A stretch of 63,930 bases of DNA, counting the filler, from Octopus bimaculoides (Eukaryota), in assembly GCF_001194135.2 (NCBI RefSeq). It is 5 parts of 5 records of this genome, joined end to end, with 100 filler letters (N's around TTAATTAATTAA, not from the genome) between each part and the next. Parts side by side here need not be neighbours in the genome. Positions count along the whole stretch, not along the records: positions 36,083 to 49,219 come from NC_068988.1; 4 more parts are not named here. One strand, written 5' to 3'. Positions 36,770 to 48,342 of this stretch are shown one piece after another. The notes beneath the pieces are model-generated. The model did no database searches, was not told the origin of the DNA, and saw only the letters and a list, made by a program, of their open reading frames with translations. How positions within the stretch are numbered: position 1 is the first letter of the stretch; each line of letters starts with the position of its first letter. Both the position numbers and the translations under genes were made by a program.

Positions 36770-37118
36770 TATATTCTTTTATTCTTTTACTTGTTTCAGT
36801 CATTTGACTGTAGCCATGCAGGAGCAATGCCTTTAGCCGAACAAATCAACCCTAGGACATATTGTTTTTTAAGCCTTGTACTTATTCTATCGGTCAATTT
36901 TGCCAAACTGCTAAGTTATGGGACATAAACACACGAACATTGACTGTCAAGCAGTGGAGGGGGGACACACACATACGCACACACGCACACATATATATAT
37001 ACATATACAACAGGCTTCTTTCAGTTTCTGTCTACCAAATTAACTCACAAGGCTTTGGTCGGCCTGATGCTATAGTAGAAGACACTTAACTAAAGTGCCA
37101 CACAGAGGGACTGAACCT
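36770..37118 (-). mobile_element. SINE family C, near full length
   Basis: Reverse complement matches 9222-9620 including the internal microsatellite. Confidence 0.85.
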
Positions 37119-38163
37119 ATATTCCTATGGATGGTATAATTTGTAATCTTCGAAACATATGTTGGAAATAAAAGTATGCAGTTAAAATATGCGTTTTACT
37201 CCATTCATTAAATTTATATATATATANNNNNNNNNNNNNNNNNNNNNNNNNNNNNNNNNNNNNNNNNNNNNNNNNNNNNNNNNNNNNNNNNNNNNNNNNN
37301 NNNNNNNNNNNNNNNNNNNNNNNNNNNNNNNNNNNNNNNNNNNNNNNNNNNNNNNNNNNNNNNNNNNNNNNNNNNNNNNNNNNNNNNNNNNNNNNNNNNN
37401 NNNNNNNNNNNNNNNNNNNNNNNNNNNNNNNNNNNNNNNNNNNNNNNNNNNNNNNNNNNNNNNNNNNNNNNNNNNNNNNNNNNNNNNNNNNNNNNNNNNN
37501 NNNNNNNNNNNNNNNNNNNNNNNNNNNNNNNNNNNNNNNNNNNNNNNNNNNNNNNNNNNNNNNNNNNNNNNNNNNNNNNNNNNNNNNNNNNNNNNNNNNN
37601 NNNNNNNNNNNNNNNNNNNNNNNNNNNNNNNNNNNNNNNNNNNNNNNNNNNNNNNNNNNNNNNNNNNNNNNNNNNNNNNNNNNNNNNNNNNNNNNNNNNN
37701 NNNNNNNNNNNNNNNNNNNNNNNNNNNNNNNNNNNNNNNNNNNNNNNNNNNNNNNNNNNNNNNNNNNNNNNNNNNNNNNNNNNNNNNNNNNNNNNNNNNN
37801 NNNNNNNNNNNNNNNNNNNNNNNNNNNNNNNNNNNNNNNNNNNNNNNNNNNNNNNNNNNNNNNNNNNNNNNNNNNNNNNNNNNNNNNNNNNNNNNNNNNN
37901 NNNNNNNNNNNNNNNNNNNNNNNNNNNNNNNNNNNNNNNNNNNNNNNNNNNNNNNNNNNNNNNNNNNNNNNNNNNNNNNNNNNNNNNNNNNNNNNNNNNN
38001 NNNNNNNNNNNNNNNNNNNNNNNNNNNNNNNNNNNNNNNNNNNNNNNNNNNNNNNNNNNNNNNNNNNNNNNNNNNNNNNNNNNNNNNNNNNNNNNNNNNN
38101 NNNNNNNNNNNNNNNNNNNNNNNNNNNNNNNNNNNNNNNNNNNNNNNNNNNNNNNNATATATA

Positions 38164-38864
38164 TAAGGGTGTGTCAAAAGTTAAATGCACTCTTGTCTTT
38201 TCAATGTATTTACACAAAAGCTGGGGATCAATAAGTGCATTATTTTTCTATATAGTCTCCTTCCTTTTCGATGCACTTGCTCCAGTGGTCCACAAGCTTG
38301 TGTATACCTTCCAAGAAGGAGGTTTCTAATTGGGCGTGCAACTATTTATACACTGCTTCCTTCACATCATCATCTCTAGGAAATTGACAACCTCGTAAAC
38401 CATCTTTGAGCAGTTCAAAGGTATGGTAGTCGGAAGGGGTGAAATATGGGCTGTAGGCAGGGAGTTCCAGCACCTCCAAACCCTATTAGTTAATGGTTTC
38501 AATGGTCTGGGCAGCTGTGTATGGGCGTGCATTGTCATGCAACAACAAAACTTTCTTTGACAATAGACTTCAGTGTTTGGTGTGAATTGCAGGCTTCAGT
38601 TTGTTGGCCAGCAAAGCACTGCATCTTGCACTGTTGATCGTGTATTGTTCATTGGATCACTGCTCTTTGTTCTTCTTTGGTGCACATTGCTTGTGAAGCA
38701 TCCATGCTTACACTGTAAAGCCAGAAATAAAAATGGCATGATCAGGCTCAGACTTCAATCATGTGACCACAATATTACCAACTATAAGCATTCATACACA
38801 GAAGGTAGTGTGACAATGATAAAGATATGTTATGGTGAAAGTGCGGATAAGTTTTGACTTCCCA
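38164..38864 (-). mobile_element. mariner (DD34D-like) transposon, internally deleted
   Basis: LLLHDNARPYTAAQTIETI..LPAYSPYFTPSDYHTF..LKDGLRG..EGIHKLVDHWSKCIEKEGDYIEK*; TIR-like ends GGGTGTGTCAAAAGTT / AAGTTTTGACTTCCC. Confidence 0.85.
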
Positions 38865-38867
38865 TCA

Positions 38868-39132
38868 GAGAGAGAGAGAGAGACAGTGAGAGAGAGAGAG
38901 ACAGTGAGAGAGAGAGAGAGAGAGAGTGAGAGAGAGAGACAGTGAGAGAGAGACAGTGAGAGAGAGAGGGAGAGAGAGAGACAGTGAGAGAGAGAGAGAC
39001 AGTGAACGAGAGAGACAGTGAGAGAGAGAGTAAGAGAGAGAGACAATGAGAGAGAGACAGTGAGAGAGAGAGAGACAGTGAGAGAGAGAGAGAGAGACAG
39101 TGAGAAAGAGAGACAGTGAGAGAGAGAGAGAG
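38868..39132. repeat. (GA)n minisatellite punctuated by CAGT
   Basis: Direct. Confidence 0.9.
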
Positions 39133-39390
39133 ATCATCATCATCATCCTTTAACGTCCATTATCCATGCTGGCATTGGTTGGACAGTTTGACCAGAGCTG
39201 GCGATCTAGTGATCTGCACCAAGTTTTAGTTTGATTTGGGTTAGTTTCTACTGCATGATACCCTTCCTAGTGCCAACCACTTTACAGTGTGTGTCGGGTG
39301 CTTTTAACATGGCACCACATGAGCACTCTTACATGGCATTGGCACACAGCTCTTGCAGGCCAATCCCCTTCACCAGGGTGAGTGGCCTTA
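39133..39390 (-). mobile_element. Family R element
   Basis: (CAT)n-TTTAACGTCCATTATCCATGCTGGCATTGGTTGGAC..CCCTTCCTAGTGCCAACCAC. Confidence 0.75.
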
Positions 39391-39399
39391 ACACTTCTG

Positions 39400-39438
<39 letters not shown>

Positions 39439-39552
39439 ATAATAATATAGATTTAATCAAAAGATTAAATGTGGTACTTAAAATGTTTGAGGCACCAAAA
39501 TTTGGTAGGGTAAAAACCAAAAACAAAATCAAGAGATTTGGTGAATAAAATT

Positions 39553-39995
39553 TGAAGAAAAGCAACAAAAATTCAATAGGTTATAGCAGTACGTACGTTT
39601 CGTACAAAGTTAATTTATTCATGTAGTGAGAACACCACATAAAATGTGCAATGAAAATGTACNNNNNNNNNNNNNNNNNNNNNNNNNNNNNNNNNNNNNN
39701 NNNNNNNNNNNNNNNNNNNNNNNNNNNNNNNNNNNNNNNNNNNNNNNNNNNNNNNNNNNNNNNNNNNNNNNNNNNNNNNNNNNNNNNNNNNNNNNNNNNN
39801 NNNNNNNNNNNNNNNNNNNNNNNNNNNNNNNNNNNNNNNNNNNNNNNNNNNNNNNNNNNNNNNNNNNNTATGCAGCTGAGGAGTACATTTTCATTGCACA
39901 TTTTATGTGGTGTTCTCACTACATAAATAAATGAAGTTTGTTCGAAACCTACGTACTGCTACAACCTAGTGAATTTTTGTTGCTTTTCTTCAAAT
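39553..39995. mobile_element. Foldback/MITE with ~110-bp inverted arms around a gap
   Basis: Left AATTTGAAGAAAAGCAACAAAAATTC..GTGCAATGAAAATGTAC; the right arm is its reverse complement with few mismatches. Confidence 0.8.
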
Positions 39996-40636
39996 TATAT
40001 ATATTTGTATATAATCTAACACCTTTAACTGGAATTATGCAAATAATAGTAATCTGTTGAATGCCTGAAAAAATTGTGAATATGAATGTGTTGTGTGAAA
40101 GGGTATTGATAATGCTTTCCATATTAAAGAAGAAAGATAACAGTTCCTCTTAGTAGTTTAAAATATGTGTGTGTATGCATGTGCACTGTAGATGTATGTG
40201 TGGAAAGTGGATATATGTGTGAGTGCTGTATGTGCACGTGAGAGAGGCTGTATGTGTGAGTGTATGCGTGTTGGTATTTAAAATTCTATTGAAACAATAG
40301 TGAAAATTTGAAATGTAAATATTATAAAAATTGAAATGAATTGTATGTAAAAGTTCTATTTGAATATTTTCAAGACTTCTAGACTTGATAAAAAGAATTT
40401 AAAAGAATGAATTAGAATAGCAAAAAATTTAACTGTAACTATTAACAAAATATTTACGATACTTGGCATGTATTATCTTTCAAGTCAAAACAAATCAAGA
40501 ACGTGAAAGGCCAATGGTGATTATGCAGACACCATGACAAATGTCAACAACAAAAAAAACAAACTGTGTGCAAAAGGTATCCTTGTGAGAAAGAGAGAGA
40601 CAGAGAGAGAAAGAGAGAGTCTACATGTATGTAAGA

Positions 40637-40668
<32 letters not shown>

Positions 40669-40775
40669 ATGTGCGTGTGTGTGTGTGTATGCGTGTGTGT
40701 GTGCTATTTATGTACATGAGGGAGAAATTCAGTATTGTATATGCTATATGTGTAGGGGAAAGAGAGTGTGTGTGA

Positions 40776-40813
<38 letters not shown>

Positions 40814-41273
40814 TTGTGTATACTGTATGCATGTATGAAAGAGACAGTGTATGTGAGTGTGGATATTGTATATATGTGAGAGAAAGATAGACCACATGTG
40901 TGTGATTGGGAGGACACCATGTTGGTTTTACTCATGAATTTATATGAAAAAATTTCTATTTGAATATTTTCAATACAATAGACTTGATAAAAATCCACTA
41001 AATTTTTTTACCACAAAAGAATTTGTAATTAAGAAAATATATATTAAACCAATAGTAGCATTGACTAGACAGCTTCAACTATAATCCAGGTACAACCAAA
41101 CATCTCTTAGCCTTTTACTATAATACACATACATACGTGTGTATATATATGTGTGTGTATATATGTATATAGTTTAAAATAGGATAAAATCTTTAAATCA
41201 AGCTGTCAGCGTGAAAAATCTCATAAGGGAAAAATTTTTAATTATTCCCTCTAAATATATTTATTTATATTAA

Positions 41274-41483
41274 GGGCATTTCTATACATAAATGCCTCAT
41301 GCTATGAGGGACTCTTAAAGTCAAAACTACCAGAATAAATACAGTGTACCAAATGCAAGGGAAATCCAACTCTCAAAGCGAGCTCCTTAAAAACAGATTC
41401 AGCCACAGATCATATGATCTGCGGGTGTAGTTTTAGCTTTAAGAGTCCCTCATAGTATGAGGCATTTATGTGTAGAAATGCCC
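41274..41483. mobile_element. 210-bp MITE, TTAA target duplication, 57-bp TIRs beginning GG (Kolobok-like)
   Basis: TTAA|GGGCATTTCTATACATAAATGCCTCA..TGAGGCATTTATGTGTAGAAATGCCC|TTAA; 4 mismatches in 57 bp. Confidence 0.85.
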
Positions 41484-41504
41484 TTAATGAAAATAGAAAT
41501 ATAT

Positions 41505-42055
41505 ATATATATATATTCTTTTATTTGTTTCAGTCATTTGACTGTGGCNNNNNNNNNNNNNNNNNNNNNNNNNNNNNNNNNNNNNNNNNNNNNNNNNNNN
41601 NNNNNNNNNNNNNNNNNNNNNNNNNNNNNNNNNNNNNNNNNNNNNNNNNNNNNNNNNNNNNNNNNNNNNNNNNNNNNNNNNNNNNNNNNNNNNNNNNNNN
41701 NNNNNNNNNNNNNNNNNNNNNNNNNNNNNNNNNNNNNNNNNNNNNNNNNNNNNNNNNNNNNNNNNNNNNNNNNNNNNNNNNNNNNNNNNNNNNNNNNNNN
41801 NNNNNNNNNNNNNNNNNNNNNNNNNNNNNNNNNNNNNNNNNNNNNNNNNNNNNNNNNNNNNNNNNNNNNNNNNNNNNNNNNNNNNNNATTTACAACAGGC
41901 TTCTTTCAGTTGCCATCTACCAAATCCACTCACAAGGCATTGGTCAGTCCAAGGCTATAGCAGAAGACACTTGCTTAAAGTGTCATACTGTGAGACTGAA
42001 CCCGGAACCATGTGGTTGGTAAGCAAGCTACTTACTACACAGTCATTCTTGCACC
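41505..42055 (-). mobile_element. SINE family C spanning a gap
   Basis: Tail at 41515-41548, head and CORE-like part at 41890-42055. Confidence 0.75.
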
Positions 42056-42224
42056 TATATATACATATATATATATATATTGTGAAGTATATTTGCCACC
42101 TAAATGTGGTGGACCTATAAGGGATGATGCTACTGTTGTTTATAACTTCAGGAGGACATCTCCTCCGGCTATCTAATGCCACACTGTCTGTGTCCAATTA
42201 GTATTTGTGAAGGGAAATCATCAT

Positions 42225-42315
42225 TCCCATTTCTAGCCTTACAGGAAACACACGGACCCGGATTTCTGGGTAGTAACCCATCATCAATGTGTGAGAATCA
42301 CCAGCTAGCTATGAA
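42225..42315 (-). ncRNA. Hammerhead-like motif, mirror copy (C3 to U)
   Basis: Minus strand: ACACA-TTGATGA-TGGGT TACT ACCCA-GAAA-TCCGGG-TC-CG-TGTGT. Confidence 0.45.
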
Positions 42316-42666
42316 AACTCATTCCAAATGCAAAATACTATCTTGAAAAAGGGGAAACGATAATAAATCTCTGAGTGAGATGTAAACAGTAGCAGCAGAG
42401 AATCATGAATTCCCTTCACAAATACTAATCGGACATGGATAGTGTGTCATTAGCCAGCTGGAGGAGAAGTCCTCCTGGAGCTACAAGCAACAGTAGCATT
42501 GTCCCCTATGGGTCTGTCACACTTAGGTGGCAAATATACTTCATGTCTCTGTGCTGCTACTGTTTACATCTCGCTCAGAGATTTATTATTGCTTATTTCT
42601 CCTTTTCTGAGATCAGCCATAGATTGTCACTGGAAAAAGCATATAGTATTTTGTGTTTGGAATGAG

Positions 42667-42760
42667 TTCTCATCGCTAGTTGGTGATTGTGACACACTGA
42701 TGACGGGTTACTACCCAGAAACCCAGGTGCATGTGTATCATGTAAGGCTAGCGATGGGAA
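42667..42760 (+). ncRNA. Type I hammerhead-ribozyme-like fold
   Basis: CTGATGA 42697-42703; stem II GGGT-TACT-ACCC; GAAA 42718-42721; stem I ACACA/TGTGT, bulge, GTGAT/ATCAT and distal TTCTCATCGCTAG/CTAGCGATGGGAA. Confidence 0.6.
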
Positions 42761-42906
42761 CAATGATTTCCCTTCGTAAATACTAATCGGAGACAGACAA
42801 TGTGGTATTAGCCAGCCAGAAGAGATGTCCTCCTGGGGCTATAAACAACAGTAGCATCGTCCTCTATGGGTCCGCCACATTTAGGTGGCAAATATACTTC
42901 ACAATT

Positions 42907-42937
<31 letters not shown>

Positions 42938-43499
42938 NNNNNNNNNNNNNNNNNNNNNNNNNNNNNNNNNNNNNNNNNNNNNNNNNNNNNNNNNNNNNNN
43001 NNNNNNNNNNNNNNNNNNNNNNNNNNNNNNNNNNNNNNNNNNNNNNNNNNNNNNNNNNNNNNNNNNNNNNNNNNNNNNNNNNNNNNNNNNNNNNNNNNNN
43101 NNNNNNNNNNNNNNNNNNNNNNNNNNNNNNNNNNNNNNNNNNNNNNNNNNNNNNNNNNNNNNNNNNNNNNNNNNNNNNNNNNNNNNNNNNNNNNNNNNNN
43201 NNNNNNNNNNNNNNNNNNNNNNNNNNNNNNNNNNNNNNNNNNNNNNNNNNNNNNNNNNNNNNNNNNNNNNNNNNNNNNNNNNNNNNNNNNNNNNNNNNNN
43301 NNNNNNNNNNNNNNNNNNNNNNNNNNNNNNNNNNNNNNNNNNNNNNNNNNNNNNNNNNNNNNNNNNNNNNNNNNNNNNNNNNNNNNNNNNNNNNNNNNNN
43401 NNNNNNNNNNNNNNNNNNNNNNNNNNNNNNNNNATATATATATATATATATGTATGTATGTATGTATGTACACAAATATATATATGCATACATATATAT

Positions 43500-43650
43500 G
43501 TAGCTGTGTGATAAGTAGCTTGCTTCCCAACCACATGGTTCTGGGTTCAGTCCCACTGCATGACAACTGGGTCAAGTACCTTCTACTATCAACTCAGGTC
43601 AAGCGAGGCCTTGTGAGTGGATTTGTCAGCCTGAAATGAAAGAACCACAT
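43500..43650 (+). mobile_element. SINE family C 5' half
   Basis: GTAGCTGTGTGATAAGTAGCTTGCTTCCCAACCACATGGTTCTGGGTTCAGTCCC. Confidence 0.8.
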
Positions 43651-43672
43651 CATCTATATAAATGTGTGTGCG

Positions 43673-43731
<59 letters not shown>

Positions 43732-43734
43732 ATA

Positions 43735-45620
43735 CATCAACATTTACAATCTGTCTTCCATGCTGTCATTGGTTCGACAGTTTAACAGGGGATAATTAAT
43801 CAACCTCTACTGTCTACTTTGGCATGGCTTTTTACAGTTAGATGCCCTTCCTAACACCAATCTCCTTACAGAGTGGATTGGGTGGTTTTTATGTGGCATC
43901 AGCACCCTTGAAAATTGGAAAACAAAGATACCTACCCTCGACTGAGGGGTGGCTGGGTATTGTAGGAGGTGGCTTTGTTTCAGCTGATGAGAAGTTAGAT
44001 TGTGACAGGAAAAGAAACAGTTTTTTGCTGTAGAGGATATATAGGGTTACCCCAGTAGTAAAGAGAGAGAGAGAGTGGGAGGAAGAGTAGGAGAGATTGA
44101 GAGTAAGAGGAACCAAGAGAGAGTGAGAGAGATGGCGGCTGGACATAACGTCAATGTACAAGAAGGTGACCATAATTGGAATGGTAGAGGACTGCCCAGG
44201 GTGCATGAGCAGAGAGTTCATGAAAGGCAAAAGGAAAAAGGGGAGAAAAGGGGTAAATGCAGTGAGTGGGGAAACACAGGTATATGGAATTGCATGCACA
44301 CAAGATAGCAATGTGACAGTTGACAGGATGAGAACAGGAAAGAGAGATGGCAGAGTGGTCTTGGGCTGCAGAAGTGGAGAGGGCGAGATAAGTATAGTGT
44401 ATGAACAAGAGATGTAGTTTAGTTCATCGGGGTAGGGTGTGTATATTAATATTATGTGTGGCTGGAATACCCAGTATTCCCAGAACTCAGTTTTACTGAG
44501 ATGGGCAGGTCCTCTCAAGAACCTCACATTACCAGACATCTTAGTCCATTGTTATCTCTTTTTGTGAAGCCCAACATCTTAAGATCAGCCCTCACTACCT
44601 CATCTCGTATCTTCCAGGGTGCCATCTTACACACGTGCCATCTACTTTAAGCAATTGGCACTTCTTTATACAACTGTCTTCATTCAAACACATCACATGT
44701 CCAAACCAATGTAGTCTTCTCTCTTGCTTGCTGCATCTGATTCCTCTTATGCCCAGCTTTTCTCTCAGCGCATTTGCCCTTTGACATACATGAACGTTGA
44801 TGTTGCACATCTATTGGAGCATATTATCTTCATTCCTATCCAGTCTACGCATGTTATCTTCATTCAGGGCCCATGTCTAACTACCATGGAGCATCACCAT
44901 TTGTACACAAGCATCATGCAATCTGCCTTTCCCTCTGGAGAGAAGCTTTTTGTTACTAAAAGAGATAATAACTCTTTGAACATCTTCCATCTTACTCTTA
45001 TTCTAACAACAATCCTTTCAGAACAACCTCCACCACTGTTAATATGGTCACCTAGGTAACAGAACCTATTTGCAGCCTCAAAAGAGCCTTCTGGGTATTT
45101 GGGAGAGTCTGATTCCCATGTGTTCTTTGTGCTTATTGCTCCTGCACATCAGCCACATACAAAGATGACCTTCTCTGTTAACCCACCTGTGATTCCACTA
45201 CACCTATTATGTATCCATAGCTTGTACTGGGTGCAACAAATGAAATTCCTTCCAACACCTTTCCTACATGATGGGTAGGGCTATTTACCTGTTAGAAAGA
45301 GAGACTTATCTACTACCTTGCTAACAACAATGTATTAATTTAATACTGCTTCAACTTGTGTATTCTGGATTTTCTTCAGCTGAACGGCTATTCATAACAT
45401 CAGTGAATGATTAATTCACTGTTTCCTATTCTTGAGGTGATGAATTCCCATGCAAGCATGTGGTTTGTTGCAAGTACAAGTCATTGAAAAGAACTGAAAG
45501 TGTTCTCACTGGCTGCCTCTGGAGTGCTTTTTTGTATCGCTATAATACTTATTGCTTTTAGCACAGCATGTCCATAAGAAATGTAATCTTAAGAAGAATA
45601 CCACAGTAACCAGCCTATCA
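43735..45620 (-). mobile_element. RTE-clade LINE 3' half (RT C-terminus, PHD-like insert, 3'UTR with family R tail), decayed
   Basis: NRFCYLGD, VRWKMFKELL, GRLHDACVQMVMLHGS*TW, LREKLGIRGIRC..QERRLHWFGHV; UTR ending in the family R tail at 43735-43900. Confidence 0.8.
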
Positions 45621-45813
45621 ATTGTGTATATACATTAAGTATGATACATCAGTGGCTACTTTATGTATATAGATTTACAAACATAAACACGTATATAAGT
45701 GAATATACATACATGCATACATATATTTATAAAAATATATTACACGCACACACACACATGTACACTGATTTTATACATATATGCATATATATACATACAT
45801 AAAGATATATATA

Positions 45814-45925
<112 letters not shown>

Positions 45926-46529
45926 CACATACACACAAACATACACTTTTGTGTTCACATGTTTTCTATGCATCTATATATGTTATGAGTGTGAGTATGG
46001 GTGAATGTGTGTATATATTTTATGTTAGTGAATGTGCTCAAGACTGGTTATTTTAATTGACTTAGAATTCTGTCTGTTGAGATTTCCTTTGTTAACACTG
46101 AATGTTATAATTTAAATAATTATTGATCCGTTACTGATTTTTTTTTTTTTTTTGATATACCATTTATTTTACAGCATAATATGGTTTTCTTTCCAAATAT
46201 TTTTCTCATTGTTGTACATATTATTCATGAACATAGATCTCCCTGCACCATCCACAGTCTCCACTGTTAACATCTGTAAAATATCAATTCTATACAGTTT
46301 TGAACTTTTCTGCTGAAAATTGAATTAGGAAAATTACATTGGGTATATTCAATACTGCCATTTGTACATCAGATGTTCCTGTCTTTCATGTGTTTTTAGA
46401 TGATTGTAGAAATCTTGAATTAGTTTAGCATTTATACTTCATTTTTCGAATGTTTTTTTATCAGTAAGTAAAACTGAATTATATATCTGTGTGTGTGTAT
46501 GTATGTATGTATGTATATATATGTGTGTG

Positions 46530-46631
<102 letters not shown>

Positions 46632-46764
46632 TATAAACAAATCTGTATGTGCGTATGCTTTCATATGTATAGACATCTCCCCTACATTATGAAAGCTATG
46701 CACTTCATACAGTCTTGCCATAATGTGCTGTTCTAAAACTGATTTTCTCATTGAGTTTCACATT

Positions 46765-48290
46765 CCATGCTATCATGGGTTGGATGGTTTAGCAGGATTC
46801 AATGGGTCTATGACTTCATCATGTACTAAATATCTGCTTTTGTCATGATTTTGATGGATGGATGTCTTTCCTAACGCCAACAAATATACAGCATATACAG
46901 GGTGCTTTTTTTCATGGAACCAGCACAAGTGAGGCCACCATGCAGCCTGCAAGACTAAAATCCTTTTTAATTGAATGGCACTGCTGTAGAGAGATCAGCA
47001 GCCTTATGCTATGGGATGAGGATTTTAAAGTGAGAGAGAAGGGGCCAAAATAGGTTTGTTGCCATAGGGAAGCTACATAGTTACTCACATTATAAATGAG
47101 AGGGTGGGCATGGTAACGATGGCTCTGAAAGATGATGAAAAGTAGATTCTCAAGACACATGGTGAGTAGAAGTGAGTGGAGAGAAGAAAACAGAAAGTGT
47201 AGGTGGATAGAGTGGGAGATGGTTGGGGACAGGGAATGAGTGAAAGGGTGATTATTATGATGTGTTTCAGGGATGATAAGTAGTGGGGGTAGGAGAGTCA
47301 GTTGATTTGATGACAATTGTAGAAATTGGGTAAGATTGTGGGAAGTATGAGGTAAGTTTGAGAGTTAGGAGTGAGGAGGTGACTGGCAGTGCAGAAAACA
47401 GAGTGTGGTGGTGCTGAGAGGGCAGCAGCAGCAGCAGGATGGTAATAAAGATGACATAGTGGACAAGAAAAGAAAGAGAATGGATGGGCAAAAGGGGGAG
47501 AGGAAGGTGACATGTGCTAGACAGGTTGTAAGAGTGTAGGGGAAACATGTAGTGGTGAAGGAGAGGCAGTTTGGCTGCTCAGGTGAATGATCAATGTGGT
47601 TAGTGAATAGAGTATTATGAATGAAAAAGGAATAACAGTGACACGGTTTCATGTAGTAAGAGGAACGAATGGTATCAGGGAAAAGCTGAGAGATGCAATT
47701 CTCTTCACATTTAATTACTGTAGCAGAAAGGTGCAGTTAGAGAAATGTAAGCATATCTTGAGAAGAAAATTTGGGTGGGTACAGTTATGCATATACATAT
47801 TGTGCTTCCAGAATCTCACTTTGTCTGACTGGGATTTCCTCTCTAATTCTCTTATAGATTCATGTATGGAAACTAGATTATCAGCATATAGGTGTCCCCT
47901 TGAACACACAGTTTTGCACTCCTCTGTGATGGCTTATATGACTATGATAGATAGAAGAGAACTGAGGACTGAAGCTTGATAAACACCCTTCCTCATATCA
48001 AACTTGTCACTGAAATCGCTTTTGATGCTAACTTTACTTACTGTATCTTTGTACATGGCTTGTATAGCTTTCACAACGCATTCTTCTATTCCAAGCCTCC
48101 TTAGTGACCACTAAATTACTGAATGTGTTACCCTGTCAAATGCCTTCTTTAAAGCAATGATTTCTAGGAATAGTGGCTGTCGTAAGCTAAGTAGCTCTCT
48201 TGTAATTATTTCAAAAGGAAGAATGAATCCATAGTACTTCTGGATATGAAGCCAAACTGCATCTCATCTAGGGCTTCTCTGTCATGAATC
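46765..48290 (-). mobile_element. RTE-clade LINE, RT-core fragment plus purine-rich spacer and family R-like tail
   Basis: DEMQFGF..STMD..KKAFDRV..WSLRRLGIEECVVKAIQAMYKD..GVYQASVLSSLL..LYADNLV at 47780-48290; tail-like CCATGCTATCATGGGTTGGATGG at 46767. Confidence 0.75.
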
Positions 48291-48342
48291 ATGGATCAAT
48301 TGTGCTGTGACTCCCTCCATGACCTTCAAAGCCATATATACA

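Larger units (their letters stand above)
42079..42906. mobile_element. Palindromic non-coding element built from a 358-bp unit (one inverted copy + ~1.4 tandem copies); retrozyme/Penelope pLTR-like
   Basis: 42079-42392 is the reverse complement of 42545-42906 (with a ~30-bp deletion); 42405-42543 repeats 42765-42901 (period 358 from AGGTGGCAAATATACTTCA at 42525 and 42883); (TA)n on both sides. Confidence 0.85.
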
